Part shown: positions 36,801 through 52,300 of the stretch, in pieces
Layout of the letters: each line of letters opens with the position of its first letter
Position numbering within the stretch: position 1 is the first letter of the stretch
Origin: Eledone cirrhosa
Lineage: Eukaryota
Assembly (NCBI GenBank): GCA_964016885.1
Contig: OZ024741.1
Coordinates: 249,550,001 to 249,614,000, forward strand
Direction: 5' to 3'
DNA: 64,000 nucleotides
The notes under the pieces: model-generated
What the model saw: only the letters and a program-made list of their open reading frames with translations
Database searches by the model: none
Told to the model about the DNA's origin: nothing
Position numbers and translations under genes: made by a program

Positions 36801-39800
36801 TATTTTCCAGCCGTCCAAGGAGAGGTAATTTCTAGCCGTCCAAGGGGAGATAAGTTCCTGCCTCCAAGGGGAGATAATTTCCAGCCAGCCAAGGGGAGAT
36901 AATTTGTAAAAAAATCAGGGGGAGATAATTTGTAAAAAAAAAATCAGGGGGAGATAATTTGTAAAAAAATCAGGGGGAGATAATTTGTAAAAAAAAAATC
37001 AGGGGGAGATAATTTGTAAAAAAAATCAGGGGGAGATAATTTGTAAAAAAAATCAGGGGTAGATAATTTGTAAAAAAAATCAGGGGGAGATAATTTGTAA
37101 AAAAAATCAGGGGGAGATAATTTGTAAAAAAAATCAGGGGTAGATAATTTTCAGCCCTCCAAGGGGAGATAATTTCCATCCTTCCAAGGGGAGATAATTT
37201 CCAGCCGTCCAAGGGGAGATAATTTCCCGCCAGCCAAGGAGAGATAACATTTAAAAAAATCAGGCGGAGATAATTTGTAAAAAAAATCAGGGGGAGATAA
37301 TTTGTAAAAAAATTAGGGGGAGATAATTTGTAAAAAAAATCAGGGGTAGATAATTTCCAGCCGTCCAAGGGGAGATAATTTCCATCCTTCCAAGGGGAGA
37401 TAATTTCCAGCCGTCCAAGGGGAGATAATTTCCCGCCAGCCAAGGAGAGATAATATTTAAAAAAATCAGGCGGAGATAATTTGTAAAAAAAATCAGGGGG
37501 AGATAATTTGTAAAAAAATCAGGGGGAGATAATTTGTAAAAAAAAATCAGGGGGAGATAATTTGTAAAAAAAATCAGGGGGAGATAATTTGTAAAAAAAA
37601 ATCAGGGGTAGATAATTTGTAAAAAAAAATCAGGGGGAGATAATTTGTAAAAAAAAATCAGGGGGAGATAATTTGTAAAAAAATCAAGGGGAGATAATTT
37701 CCAGCCGTCCAAGGGGAGATAATTTTCAGCCGTCCAAGGAGAGGTAATTTCTAGCCGTCCAAGGGGAGAGAATTTCCAGCCGTCCAAGGGGAGATAATTT
37801 TTTTAAAAAAATCAGGCGGAGATAATTTGTAAACAAAAATCAGGGGGAGATAATTTGTAAAAAAAAATCAGGGGGAGATAATTTGTAAAAAAAAATCAGG
37901 GGGAGATAATTTGTAAAAAAAATCAAGGGGAGATAATTTCCAGCCGTCCAAGGGGAGGTAATATCTAGCCATCCAAGGGGAGATAATTTCCAGCCGTCCA
38001 AGGGGAGATAATTTCCAGCCGTCCAAGGGGAGATAATTTCCATCCTTCCAAGGGGAGATAATTTCCAGCCGTCCAAGGGGAGATAATTTCCCGCCAGCCA
38101 AGGAGAGATAACATTTAAAAAAATCAGGCGGAGATAATTTGTAAAAAAAATCAGGGGGAGATAATTTGTAAAAAAAAATCAGGGGTAGATAATTTGTAAA
38201 AAAAAATCAGGGGGAGATAATTTGTAAAAAAAATCAGGGGGAGATAATTTGTAAAAAAAATCAAGGGGAGATAATTTGTAAAAAAAAATCAGGGGTAGAT
38301 AATTTGTAAAAAAAAATCAGGGGGAGATAATTTGTAAAAAAAAAATCAGGGGGAGATAATTTGTAAAAAAATCAAGGGGAGATAATTTCCAGCCGTCCAA
38401 GGGGAGATAATTTTCAGCCGTCCAAGGAGAGGTAATTTCTAGCCGTCCAAGGGGAGATAATTTCCATCCAGCCAAGGGGAGATAATTTGTAAAAAAATCA
38501 GGGGTAGATAATTTGTAAAAAAAAATCAGGGGGAGATAATTTGTAAAAAAAATCAGGGGGAGATAATTTGTAAAAAAAATCAGGGGTAGATAATTTCCAG
38601 CCGTCCAAGGGGAGATAATTTCCATCCTTCCAAGGGGAGATAATTTCCAGCCGTCCAAGGGGAGATAATTTCCCGCCAGCCAAGGAGAGATAACATTTAA
38701 AAAAATCAGGCGGAGATAATTTGTAAAAAAAATCAGGGGGAGATAATTTGTAAAAAAATCAGGGGGAGATAATTTGTAAAAAAAATCAGGGGTAGATAAT
38801 TTCCAGCCGTCCAAGGGGAGATAATTTCCATCCTTCCAAGGGGAGATAATTTCCAGCCGTCCAAGGGGAGATAATTTCCCGCCAGCCAAGGAGAGATAAT
38901 ATTTAAAAAAATCAGGCGGAGATAATTTGTAAAAAAAATCAGGGGGAGATAATTTGTAAAAAAATCAGGGGGAGATAATTTGTAAAAAAAAATCAGGGGA
39001 GATAATTTGTAAAAAAAATCAGGGGGTGATAATTTGTAAAAAAAATCAGGGGTAGATAATTTGTAAAAAAAAATCAGGGGGAGATAATTTGTAAAAAAAA
39101 AATCAGGGGGAGATAATTTGTAAAAAAATCAAGGGGAGATAATTTCCAACCGTCCAAGGGGAGATAATTTTCAGCCGTCCAAGGAGGTAATTTCTAGCCG
39201 TCCAAGGGGAGATAATTTCCAGCCGTCCAAGGGGAGATAATTTTTTTAAAAAAATCAGGCGGAGATAATTTGTAAACAAAAATCAGGGGGAGATAATTTG
39301 TAAAAAAAAATCAGGGGGAGATAATTTGTAAAAAAAATCGAGGGGAGATAATTTCCAGCCGTCCAAGGGGAGGTAATATCTAGCCATCCAAAGGGAGATA
39401 ATTTCCAGCCGTCCAAGGGGAGATAATTTCCAGCCGTCCAAGGGGAGATAATATCCAGCCGTCCAAGGAGACATATTTTCCAGCCGTCCAAGGAGAGGTA
39501 ATTTCTAGCCGTCCAAGGGGAGATAAGTTCCAGCCTCCAAGGGGAGATAATTTCCAGCCAGCCAAGGGGAGATAATTTGTAAAAAAATCAGGGGGAGATA
39601 ATTTGTAAAAAAAAAATCAGGGGGAGATAATTTGTAAAAAAATCAGGGGGAGATAATTTGTAAAAAAAAAATCAGGGGGAGATAATTTGTAAAAAAAATC
39701 AGGGGGAGATAATTTGTAGAAAAAATCAGGGGTAGATAATTTGTAAAAAAAATCAGGGGGAGATAATTTGTAAAAAAAATCAGGGGGAGATAATTTGTAA

Positions 39801-40530
39801 AAGAAATCAGGGGTAGATAATTTTCAGTCGTCCAAGGGGAGATAATTTCCATCCTTCCAAGGGGAGATAATTTCCAGCCGTCCAAGGGGAGATAATTTCC
39901 CGCCAGCCAAGGAGAGATAACATTTAAAAAAATCAGGCGGAGATAATTTGTAAAAAAAATCAGGGGGAGATAATTTGTAAAAAAATCAGGGGGAGATAAT
40001 TTGTAAAAAAAATCAGGGGTAGATAATTTCCAGCCGTCCAAGGGGAGATAATTTCCATCCTTCCAAGGGGAGATAATTTCCAGCCGTCCAAGGGGAGATA
40101 ATTTCCCGCCAGCCAAGGAGAGATAATATTTAAAAAAATCAGGCGGAGATAATTTGTAAAAAAAATCAGGGGGAGATAATTTGTAAAAAAATCAGGGGGA
40201 GATAATTTGTAAAAAAAAATCAGGGGGAGATAATTTGTAAAAAAAATCAGGGGGAGATAATTTGTAAAAAAAATCAGGGGTAGATAATTTGTAAAAAAAA
40301 ATCAGGGGGAGATAATTTGTAAAAAAAAAATCAGGGGGAGATAATTTGTAAAAAAATCAAGGGGAGATAATTTCCAGCCGTCCAAAGGGAGATAATTTTC
40401 AGCCGTCCAAGGAGGTAATTTCTAGCCGTCCAAGGGGAGATAATTTCCAGCCGTCCAAGGGGAGATAATTTTTTTAAAAAAATCAGGCGGAGATAATTTG
40501 TAAACAAAAATCAGGGGGAGATAATTTGTA
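30450..40530 (+). repeat. 5026/5053-bp tandem duplication
   Basis: The offset is 5026 (30739->35765, 31606->36632, 32814->37840), then 5053 (34202->39255). Private variants GAGGAAATTT, TTCCTGCCTCC, GAGAGAATTT, CCAACCGT, ATCGAGGGG and GGGGTGATA are present in both copies. Confidence 0.93.
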
Positions 40531-43500
40531 AAAAAAAATCAGGGGGAGATAATTTGTAAAAAAAAATCAGGGGGAGATAATTTGTAAAAAAAATCAAGGG
40601 GAGATAATTTCCAGCCGTCCAAGGGGAGGTAATATCTAGCCATCCAAGGGGAGATAATTTCCAGCCGTCCAAGGGGAGATAATTTCCAGCCGTCCAAGGG
40701 GAGATAATATCCAGCCGTCCAAGGAGACATATTTTCCAGCCGTCCAAGGAGAGGTAATTTCTAGCCGTCCAAGGGGAGATAAGTTCCAGCCTCCAAGGGG
40801 AGATAATTTCCAGCCAGCCAAGGGGAGATAATTTGTAAAAAAATCAGGGGGAGATAATTTGTAAAAAAAAAATCAGGGGGAGATAATTTGTAAAAAAATC
40901 AGGGGGAGATAATTTGTAAAAAAAAATCAGGGGGAGATAATTTGTAAAAAAAATCAGGGGGAGATAATTTGTAAAAAAAATCAGGGGTAGATAATTTGTA
41001 AAAAAAATCAGGGGGAGATAATTTGTAAAAAAAATCAGGGGGAGATAATTTGTAAAAAAAATCAGGGGTAGATAATTTTCAGCCGTCCAAGGGGAGATAA
41101 TTTCCATCCTTCCAAGGGGAGATAATTTCCAGCCGTCCAAGGGGAGATAATTTCCCGCCAGCCAAGGAGAGATAACATTTAAAAAAATCAGGCGGAGATA
41201 ATTTGTAAAAAAAATCAGGGGGAGATAATTTGTAAAAAAATCAGGGGGAGATAATTTGTAAAAAAAATCAGGGGTAGATAATTTCCAGCCGTCCAAGGGG
41301 AGATAATTTCCATCCTTCCAAGGGGAGATAATTTCCAGCCGTCCAAGGGGAGATAATTTCCCGCCAGCCAAGGAGAGATAATATTTAAAAAAATCAGGCG
41401 GAGATAATTTGTAAAAAAAATCAGGGGGAGATAATTTGTAAAAAAATCAGGGGGAGATAATTTGTAAAAAAAAATCAGGGGGAGATAATTTGTAAAAAAA
41501 ATCAGGGGGAGATAATTTGTAAAAAAAAATCAGGGGTAGATAATTTGTAAAAAAAAATCAGGGGGAGATAATTTGTAAAAAAATCAAGGGGAGATAATTT
41601 CCAGCCGTCCAAGGGGAGATAATTTTCAGCCGTCCAAGGAGAGGTAATTTCTAGCCGTCCAAGGGGAGATAATTTCCAGCCGTCCAAGGGGAGATAATTT
41701 TTTTAAAAAATCAGGCGGAGATAATTTGTAAACAAAAATCAGGGGGAGATAATTTGTAAAAAAAAATCAGGGGGAGATAATTTGTAAAAAAAAATCAGGG
41801 GGAGATAATTTGTAAAAAAAATCAAGGGGAGATAATTTCCAGCCGTCCAAGGGGAGGTAATATCTAGCCATCCAAGGGGAGATAATTTCCAGCCGTCCAA
41901 GGGGAGATAATTTCCAGCCGTCCAAGGGGAGATAATATCCAGCCGTCCAAGGAGACATATTTTCCAGCCGTCCAAGGAGACGTAATTTCTAGCCGTCCAA
42001 GGGGAGATAAGTTCCAGCCTCCAAGGGGAGATAATTTCCAGCCAGCCAAGGGGAGATAATTTGTAAAAAAATTAGGGGGAGAAAATTTGTAAAAAAAAAT
42101 TAGGGGGAGATAATTTGTAAAAAAAAATCAGGGGGAGATAATTTGTAAAAAAAAATCAGGGGGAGATAATTTGTAAAAAAAATCAAGGGGAGATAATTTC
42201 CAGCCGTCCAAGGGGAGATAATTTTCAGCCGTCCAAGGAGAGGTAAATTCTAGCCGTCCAAGGAGATATAATTTCCAGCCGTCCAAGGGGAGATAATTTC
42301 CAGCCGTCCAAGGGGAGATAATTTTTAAAAAAAAATCAGGCGGAGATAATTTGTAAACAAAAATCAGGGGGAGATAATTTTTAAAAAAAAATCAGGGGGA
42401 GATAATTTGTAAAAAAAAATCAGGGGGAGATAATTTGTAAAAAAAATCAAGGGGAGATAATTTCCAGCCGTCCAAGGGGAGGTAATATCTAGCCATCCAA
42501 GGGGAGATAATTTCCAGCCGTCCAAGGGGAGATAATTTCCAGCCGTCCAAGGGGAGATAATATCCAGCCGTCCAAGGAGACATATTTTCCAGCCGTCCAA
42601 GGAGAGGTAATTTCTAGCCGTCCAAGGGGAGATAAGTTCCAGCCTCCAAGGGGAGATAATTTCCAGCCAGCCAAGGGGAGATAATTTGTAAAAAAATCAG
42701 GGGGGAGATAATTTGTAAAAAAAATCAGGGGGAGATAATTTGAAAAAAAAATCAGGGGGAGATAATTTGTAAAAAATATCAAGGGGAGATAATTTCCAGC
42801 CGTCCAAGGGGAGATAATTTCCAGCCGTCCAAGGGGAGATAATTTTTTTAAAAAAATCAGGCGGAGATAATTTGTAAACAAAAATCAGGGGGAGATAATT
42901 TGTAAAAAAAAATCAGGGGGAGATAATTTGTAAAAAAAATCAAGGGGAGATAATTTCCAGCCGTCCAAGGGGAGGTAATATCTAGCCATCCAAAGGGAGA
43001 TAATTTCCAGCCGTCCAAGGGGAGATAATTTCCAGCCGTCCAAGGGGAGATAATATCCAGCCGTCCAAGGAGACATATTTTCCAGCCGTCCAAGGAGAGG
43101 TAGTTTCTAGCCGTCCAAGGGGAGATAAGTTCCAGCCTCCAAGGGGAGATAATTTCCAGCCAGCCAAGGGGAGATAATTTGTAAAAAAATCAGGGGGAGA
43201 TAATTTGTAAAAAAAAAATCAGGGGGAGATAATTTGTAAAAAAATCAGGGGGAGATAATTTGTAAAAAAAAAATCAGGGGGAGATAATTTGTAGAAAAAA
43301 TCAGGGGTTGATAATTTGTAAAAAAAATCAGGGGGAGATAATTTGTAAAAAAAATCAGGGGGAGATAATTTGTAAAAGAAATCAGGGGTAGATAATTTTC
43401 AGTCGTCCAAGGGGAGATAATTTCCATCCTTCCAAGGGGAGATAATTTCCAGCCGTCCAAGGGGAGATAATTTCCCGCCAGCCAAGGAGAGATAACATTT

Positions 43501-46370
43501 AAAAAAATCAGGCGGAGATAATTTGTAAAAAAAATCAGGGGGAGATAATTTGTAAAAAAATCAGGGGGAGATAATTTGTAAAAAAAATCAGGGGTAGATA
43601 ATTTCCAGCCGTCCAAGGGGAGATAATTTCCATCCTTCCAAGGGGAGATAATTTCCAGCCGTCCAAGGGGAGATAATTTCCCGCCAGCCAAGGAGAGATA
43701 ATATTTAAAAAAATCAGGCGGAGATAATTTGTAAAAAAAATCAGGGGGAGATAATTTGTAAAAAAATCAGGGGGAGATAATTTGTAAAAAAAAATCAGGG
43801 GGAGATAATTTGTAAAAAAAATCAGGGGGAGATAATTTGTAAAAAAAAATCAGGGGTAGATAATTTGTAAAAAAAAATCAGGGGGAGATAATTTGTAAAA
43901 AAAAATCAGGGGGAGATAATTTGTAAAAAAATCAAGGGGAGATAATTTCCAGCCGTCCAAGGGGAGATAATTTTCAGCCGTCCAAGGAGAGGTAATTTCT
44001 AGCCGTCCAAGGGGAGATAATTTCCAGCCGTCCAAGGGGAGATAATTTTTTTAAAAAAATCAGGCGGAGATAATTTGTAAACAAAAATCAGGGGGAGATA
44101 ATTTGTAAAAAAAAATCAGGGGGAGATAATTTGTAAAAAAAAATCAGGGGGAGATAATTTGTAAAAAAAATCAAGGGGAGATAATTTCCAGCCGTCCAAG
44201 GGGAGGTAATATCTAGCCATCCAAGGGGAGATAATTTCCAGCCGTCCAAGGGGAGATAATTTCCAGACGTCCAAGGGGAGATAATATCCAGCCGTCCAAG
44301 GAGACATATTTTCCAGCCGTCCAAGGAGAGGTAATTTCTAGCCGTCCAAGGGGAGATAAGTTCCAGCCTCCAAGGGGAGATAATTTCCAGCCAGCCAAGG
44401 GGAGATAATTTGTAAAAAAATCAGGGGGAGATAATTTGTAAAAAAAAAATCAGGGGGAGATAATTTGTAAAAAAATCAGGGGGAGATAATTTGTAAAAAA
44501 AAATCAGGGGGAGATAATTTGTAAAAAAAATCAGGTGGAGATAATTTGTAAAAAAAATCAGGGGTAGATAATTTGTAAAAAAAATCAGGGGGAGATAATT
44601 TGTAAAAAAAATCAGGGGGAGATAATTTGTAAAAAAAATCAGGGGTAGATAATTTTCAGCCGTCCAAGGGGAGATAATTTCCATCCTTCCAAGGGGAGAT
44701 AATTTCCAGCCGTCCAAGGGGAGATAATTTCCCGCCAGCCAAGGAGAGATAACATTTAAAAAAATCAGGCGGAGATAATTTGTAAAAAAAATCAGGGGGA
44801 GATAATTTGTAAAAAAATCAGGGGGAGATAATTTGTAAAAAAAATCAGGGGTAGATAATTTCCAGCCGTCCAAGGGGAGATAATTTCCATCCTTCCAAGG
44901 GGAGATAATTTCCAGCCGTCCAAGGGGAGATAATTTCCCGCCAGCCAAGGAGAGATAATATTTAAAAAAATCAGGCGGAGATAATTTGTAAAAAAAATCA
45001 GGGGGAGATAATTTGTAAAAAAATCAGGGGGAGATAATTTGTAAAAAAAAATCAGGGGGAGATAATTTGTAAAAAAAATCAGGGGGAGATAATTTGTAAA
45101 AAAAAATCAGGGGTAGATAATTTGTAAAAAAAAATCAGGGGGAGATAATTTGTAAAAAAATCAAGGGGAGATAATTTCCAGCCGTCCAAGGGGAGATAAT
45201 TTTCAGCCGTCCAAGGAGAGGTAATTTCTAGCCGTCCAAGGGGAGATAATTTCCAGCCGTCCAAGGGGAGATAATTTTTTAAAAAAATCAGGCGGAGATA
45301 ATTTGTAAACAAAAATCAGGGGGAGATAATTTGTAAAAAAAAATCAGGGGGAGATAATTTGTAAAAAAAAATCAGGGGGAGATAATTTGTAAAAAAAATC
45401 AAGGGGAGATAATTTCCAGCCGTCCAAGGGGAGGTAATATCTAGCCATCCAAGGGGAGATAATTTCCAGCCGTCCAAGGGGAGATAATTTCCAGCCGTCC
45501 AAGGGGAGATAATATCCAGCCGTCCAAGGAGACATATTTTCCAGCCGTCCAAGGAGACGTAATTTCTAGCCGTCCAAGGGGAGATAAGTTCCAGCCTCCA
45601 AGGGGAGATAATTTCCAGCCAGCCAAGGGGAGATAATTTGTAAAAAAATTAGGGGGAGATAATTTGTAAAAAAAAATTAGGGGGAGATAATTTGTAAAAA
45701 AAAATCAGGGGGAGATAATTTGTAAAAAAAAATCAGGGGGAGATAATTTGTAAAAAAAATCAAGGGGAGATAATTTCCAGCCGTCCAAGGGGAGATAATT
45801 TTCAGCCGTCCAAGGAGAGGTAAATTCTAGCCGTCCAAGGAGATATAATTTCCAGCCGTCCAAGGGGAGATAATTTCCAGCCGTCCAAGGGGAGATAATT
45901 TTAAAAAAAAAATCAGGCGGAGATAATTTGTAAACAAAAATCAGGGGGAGATAATTTTTAAAAAAAAATCAGGGGGAGATAATTTGTAAAAAAAAATCAG
46001 GGGGAGATAATTTGTAAAAAAAATCAAGGGGAGATAATTTCCAGCCGTCCAAGGGGAGGTAATATCTAGCCATCCAAGGGGAGATAATTTCCTGCCGTCC
46101 AAGGGGAGATAATTTCCAGCCGTCCAAGGGGAGATAATATCCAGCCGTCCAAGGAGACATATTTTCCAGCCGTCCAAGGAGAGGTAATTTCTAGCCGTCC
46201 AAGGGGAGATAAGTTCCAGCCTCCAAGGGGAGATAATTTCCAGCCAGCCAAGGGGAGATAATTTGTAAAAAAATCAGGGGGGAGATAATTTGTAAAAAAA
46301 ATCAGGGGGAGATAATTTGAAAAAAAAATCAGGGGGAGATAATTTGTAAAAAATATCAAGGGGAGATAAT
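40500..46370 (+). repeat. Duplication, offset 3577 bp
   Basis: ORF offsets 40511->44088, 40844->44421, 41502->45079, 41739->45316 and 42364->45941. Confidence 0.82.
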
Positions 46371-49300
46371 TTCCAGCCCTCCAAGGGGCTATAATTTCCA
46401 GCCGTGCAAGGGGAGATAATTTCCAGCCGTCCAAGGGGAGATAATTTCCATCCTTCCAAGGGGAGATAATTTCCAGCCGTCCAAGGGGAGATAATTTCCC
46501 GCCAGCCAAGGGAAGATAATTTTTTAAAAAATCAGGCGGAGATTGTAAAAAAAATCAGGGGGAGATAATTTGTAAAAAAAATCAGGGGGAGATAATTTGT
46601 AAAAAAAATCAGGGGTAGATAATTTTCAGCCGTCCAAGGGGAGATAATTTCCATCCTTCCAAGGGGAGATAATTTCCAGCCGTCCAAGGGGAGATAATTT
46701 CCCGCCAGCCAAGGAGAGATAACATTTAAAAAAATCAGGCGGAGATAATTTGTAAAAAAAATCAGGGGGAGATAATTTGTAAAAAAATCAGGGGGAGATA
46801 ATTTGTAAAAAAAATCAGGGGTAGATAATTTCCAGCCGTCCAAGGGGAGATAATTTCCATCCTTCCAAGGGGAGATAATTTCCAGCCGTCCAAGGGGAGA
46901 TAATTTCCCGCCAGCCAAGGAGAGATAATATTTAAAAAAATCAGGCGGAGATAATTTGTAAAAAAAATCAGGGGGAGATAATTTGTAAAAAAATCAGGGG
47001 GAGATAATTTGTAAAAAAAAATCAGGGGGAGATAATTTGTAAAAAAAATCAGGGGGAGATAATTTGTAAAAAAAAATCAGGGGTAGATAATTTGTAAAAA
47101 AAAATCAGGGGGAGATAATTTGTAAAAAAATCAAGGGGAGATAATTTCCAGCCGTCCAAGGGGAGATAATTTTCAGCCGTCCAAGGAGAGGTAATTTCTA
47201 GCCGTCCAAGGGGAGATAATTTCCAGCCGTCCAAGGGGAGATAATTTTTTAAAAAAATCAGGCGGAGATAATTTGTAAACAAAAATCAGGGGGAGATAAT
47301 TTGTAAAAAAAAATCAGGGGGAGATAATTTGTAAAAAAAAATCAGGGGGAGATAATTTGTAAAAAAAATCAAGGGGAGATAATTTCCAGCCGTCCAAGGG
47401 GAGGTAATATCTAGCCATCCAAGGGGAGATAATTTCCAGCCGTCCAAGGGGAGATAATTTCCAGCCGTCCAAGGGGAGATAATATCCAGCCGTCCAAGGA
47501 GACATATTTTCCAGCCGTCCAAGGAGACGTAATTTCTAGCCGTCCAAGGGGAGATAAGTTCCAGCCTCCAAGGGGAGATAATTTCCAGCCAGCCAAGGGG
47601 AGATAATTTGTAAAAAAATTAGGGGGAGATAATTTGTAAAAAAAAATTAGGGGGAGATAATTTGTAAAAAAAAATCAGGGGGAGATAATTTGTAAAAAAA
47701 AATCAGGGGGAGATAATTTGTAAAAAAAATCAAGGGGAGATAATTTCCAGCCGTCCAAGGGGAGATAATTTTCAGCCGTCCAAGGAGAGGTAAATTCTAG
47801 CCGTCCAAGGAGATATAATTTCCAGCCGTCCAAGGGGAGATAATTTCCAGCCGTCCAAGGGGAGATAATTTTAAAAAAAAAATCAGGCGGAGATAATTTG
47901 TAAACAAAAATCAGGGGGAGATAATTTTTAAAAAAAAATCAGGGGGAGATAATTTGTAAAAAAAAATCAGGGGGAGATAATTTGTAAAAAAAATCAAGGG
48001 GAGATAATTTCCAGCCGTCCAAGGGGAGGTAATATCTAGCCATCCAAGGGGAGATAATTTCCTGCCGTCCAAGGGGAGATAATTTCCAGCCGTCCAAGGG
48101 GAGATAATATCCAGCCGTCCAAGGAGACATATTTTCCAGCCGTCCAAGGAGAGGTAATTTCTAGCCGTCCAAGGGGAGATAAGTTCCAGCCTCCAAGGGG
48201 AGATAATTTCCAGCCAGCCAAGGGGAGATAATTTGTAAAAAAATCAGGGGGGAGATAATTTGTAAAAAAAATCAGGGGGAGATAATTTGAAAAAAAAATC
48301 AGGGGGAGATAATTTGTAAAAAATATCAAGGGGAGATAATTTCCAGCCCTCCAAGGGGCTATAATTTCCAGCCGTGCAAGGGGAGATAATTTCCAGCCGT
48401 CCAAGGGGAGATAATTTCCATCCTTCCAAGGGGAGATAATTTCCAGCCGTCCAAGGGGAGATAATTTCCCGCCAGCCAAGGGAAGATAATTTTTTAAAAA
48501 ATCAGGCGGAGATTGTAAAAAAAATCAGGGGGAGATAATTTGTAAAAAAAATCAGGGGGAGATAATTTGTAAAAAAAATCAGGGGGAGATAATTTGTAAA
48601 AAAAATCAGGGGTAGATAATTTTCAGCCGTCCAAGGGGAGATAATTTCCATCCTTCCAAGGGGAGATAATTTCCAGCCGTCCAAGGGGAGATAATTTCCA
48701 TCCTTCCAAGGGGAGATAATTTCCAGCCGTCCAAGGGGAGATAATTTCCCGCCAGCCAAGGAGAGATAATATTTAAAAAAATCAGGCGGAGATAATTTGT
48801 AAAAAAAATCAGGGGGAGATAATTTGTAAAAAAATCAGGGGGAGATAATTTGTAAAAAAAAATCAGGGGGAGATAATTTGTAAAAAAAATCAGGGGGAGA
48901 TAATTTGTAAAAAAAAATCAGGGGTAGATAATTTGTAAAAAAAAATCAGGGGGAGATAATTTGTAAAAAAAAAATCAGGGGGAGATAATTTGTAAAAAAA
49001 TCAAGGGGAGATAATTTCCAGCCGTCCAAGGGGAGATAATTTTCAGCCGTCCAAGGAGAGGTAATTTCTAGCCGTCCAAGGGGAGATAATTTCCAGCCGT
49101 CCAAGGGGAGATAATTTTTTTAAAAAAATCAGGCGGAGATAATTTGTAAACAAAAATCAGGGGGAGATAATTTGTAAAAAAAAATCAGGGGGAGATAATT
49201 TGTAAAAAAAAATCAGGGGGAGATAATTTGTAAAAAAAATCAAGGGGAGATAATTTCCAGCCGTCCAAGGGGAGGTAATATCTAGCCATCCAAGGGGAGA

Positions 49301-52300
49301 TAATTTCCAGCCGTCCAAGGGGAGATAATTTCCAGCCGTCCAAGGGGAGATAATATCCAGCCGTCCAAGGAGACATATTTTCCAGCCGTCCAAGGAGACG
49401 TAATTTCTAGCCGTCCAAGGGGAGATAAGTTCCAGACTCCAAGGGGAGATAATTTCCAGCCAGCCAAGGGGAGATAATTTGTAAAAAAATTAGGGGGAGA
49501 TAATTTGTAAAAAAAAATTAGGGGGAGATAATTTGTAAAAAAAAATCAGGGGGAGATAATTTGTAAAAAAAAATCAGGGGGAGATAATTTGTAAAAAAAA
49601 TCAAGGGGAGATAATTTCCAGCCGTCCAAGGGGAGGTAATATCTAGCCATCCAAGGGGAGATAATTTCCAGCCGTCCAAGGGGAGATAATTTCCAGCCGT
49701 CCAAGGGGAGATAATATCCAGCCGTCCAAGGAGACATATTTTCCAGCCGTCCAAGGAGAGGTAATTTCTAGCCGTCCAAGGGGAGATAAGTTCCAGCCTC
49801 CAAGGGGAGATAATTTCCAGCCAGCCAAGGGGAGATAATTTGTAAAAAAATCAGGGGGGAGATAATTTGTAAAAAAAATCAGGGGGAGATAATTTGAAAA
49901 AAAAATCAGGGGGAGATAATTTGTAAAAAATATCAAGGGGAGATAATTTCCAGCCGTCCAAGGGGAGATAATTTCCAGCCGACCAAGGGGAGATAATTTT
50001 TTTAAAAAAATCAGGCGGAGATAATTTGTAAACAAAAATCAGGGGGAGATAATTTGTAAAAAAAAATCAGGGGGAGATAATTTGTAAAAAAAATCAAGGG
50101 GAGATAATTTCCAGCCGTCCAAGGGGAGGTAATATCTAGCCATCCAAAGGGAGATAATTTCCAGCCGTCCAAGGGGAGATAATTTCCAGCCGTCCAAGGG
50201 GAGATAATATCCAGCCGTCCAAGGAGACATATTTTCCAGCCGTCCAAGGAGAGGTAATTTCTAGCCGTCCAAGGGGAGATAAGTTCCAGCCTCCAAGGGG
50301 AGATAATTTCCAGCCAGCCAAGGGGAGATAATTTGTAAAAAAATCAGGGGGAGATAATTTGTAAAAAAAAAATCAGGGGGAGATAATTTGTAAAAAAATC
50401 AGGGGGAGATAATTTGTAAAAAAAAAATCAGGGGGAGATAATTTGTAGAAAAAATCAGGGGTTGATAATTTGTAAAAAAAATCAGGGGGAGATAATTTGT
50501 AAAAAAAATCAGGGGGAGATAATTTGTAAAAGAAATCAGGGGTAGATAATTTTCAGTCGTCCAAGGGGAGATAATTTCCATCCTTCCAAGGGGAGATAAT
50601 TTCCAGCCGTCCAAGGGGAGATAATTTCCCGCCAGCCAAGGAGAGATAACATTTAAAAAAATCAGGCGGAGATAATTTGTAAAAAAAATCAGGGGGAGAT
50701 AATTTGTAAAAAAATCAGGGGGAGATAATTTGTAAAAAAAATCAGGGGTAGATAATTTCCAGCCGTCCAAGGGGAGATAATTTCCATCCTTCCAAGGGGA
50801 GATAATTTCCAGCCGTCCAAGGGGAGATAATTTCCCGCCAGCCAAGGAGAGATAATATTTAAAAAAATCAGGCGGAGATAATTTGTAAAAAAAATCAGGG
50901 GGAGATAATTTGTAAAAAAATCAGGGGGAGATAATTTGTAAAAAAAAATCAGGGGGAGATAATTTGTAAAAAAAATCAGGGGGAGATAATTTGTAAAAAA
51001 AAATCAGGGGTAGATAATTTGTAAAAAAAAATCAGGGGGAGATAATTTGTAAAAAAAAATCAGGGGGAGATAATTTGTAAAAAAATCAAGGGGAGATAAT
51101 TTCCAGCCGTCCAAGGGGAGATAATTTTCAGCCGTCCAAGGAGAGGTAATTTCTAGCCGTCCAAGGGGAGATAATTTCCAGCCGTCCAAGGGGAGATAAT
51201 TTTTTTAAAAAAATCAGGCGGAGATAATTTGTAAACAAAAATCAGGGGGAGATAATTTGTAAAAAAAAATCAGGGGGAGATAATTTGTAAAAAAAAATCA
51301 GGGGGAGATAATTTGTAAAAAAAATCAAGGGGAGATAATTTCCAGCCGTCCAAGGGGAGGTAATATCTAGCCATCCAAGGGGAGATAATTTCCAGCCGTC
51401 CAAGGGGAGATAATTTCCAGACGTCCAAGGGGAGATAATATCCAGCCGTCCAAGGAGACATATTTTCCAGCCGTCCAAGGAGAGGTAATTTCTAGCCGTC
51501 CAAGGGGAGATAAGTTCCAGCCTCCAAGGGGAGATAATTTCCAGCCAGCCAAGGGGAGATAATTTGTAAAAAAATCAGGGGGAGATAATTTGTAAAAAAA
51601 AAATCAGGGGGAGATAATTTGTAAAAAAATCAGGGGGAGATAATTTGTAAAAAAAAATCAGGGGGAGATAATTTGTAAAAAAAATCAGGTGGAGATAATT
51701 TGTAAAAAAAATCAGGGGTAGATAATTTGTAAAAAAAATCAGGGGGAGATAATTTGTAAAAAAAATCAGGGGGAGATAATTTGTAAAAAAAATCAGGGGT
51801 AGATAATTTTCAGCCGTCCAAGGGGAGATAATTTCCATCCTTCCAAGGGGAGATAATTTCCAGCCGTCCAAGGGGAGATAATTTCCCGCCAGCCAAGGAG
51901 AGATAACATTTAAAAAAATCAGGCGGAGATAATTTGTAAAAAAAATCAGGGGGAGATAATTTGTAAAAAAATCAGGGGGAGATAATTTGTAAAAAAAATC
52001 AGGGGTAGATAATTTCCAGCCGTCCAAGGGGAGATAATTTCCATCCTTCCAAGGGGAGATAATTTCCAGCCGTCCAAGGGGAGATAATTTCCCGCCAGCC
52101 AAGGAGAGATAATATTTAAAAAAATCAGGCGGAGATAATTTGTAAAAAAAATCAGGGGGAGATAATTTGTAAAAAAATCAGGGGGAGATAATTTGTAAAA
52201 AAAAATCAGGGGGAGATAATTTGTAAAAAAAATCAGGGGGAGATAATTTGTAAAAAAAAATCAGGGGTAGATAATTTGTAAAAAAAAATCAGGGGGAGAT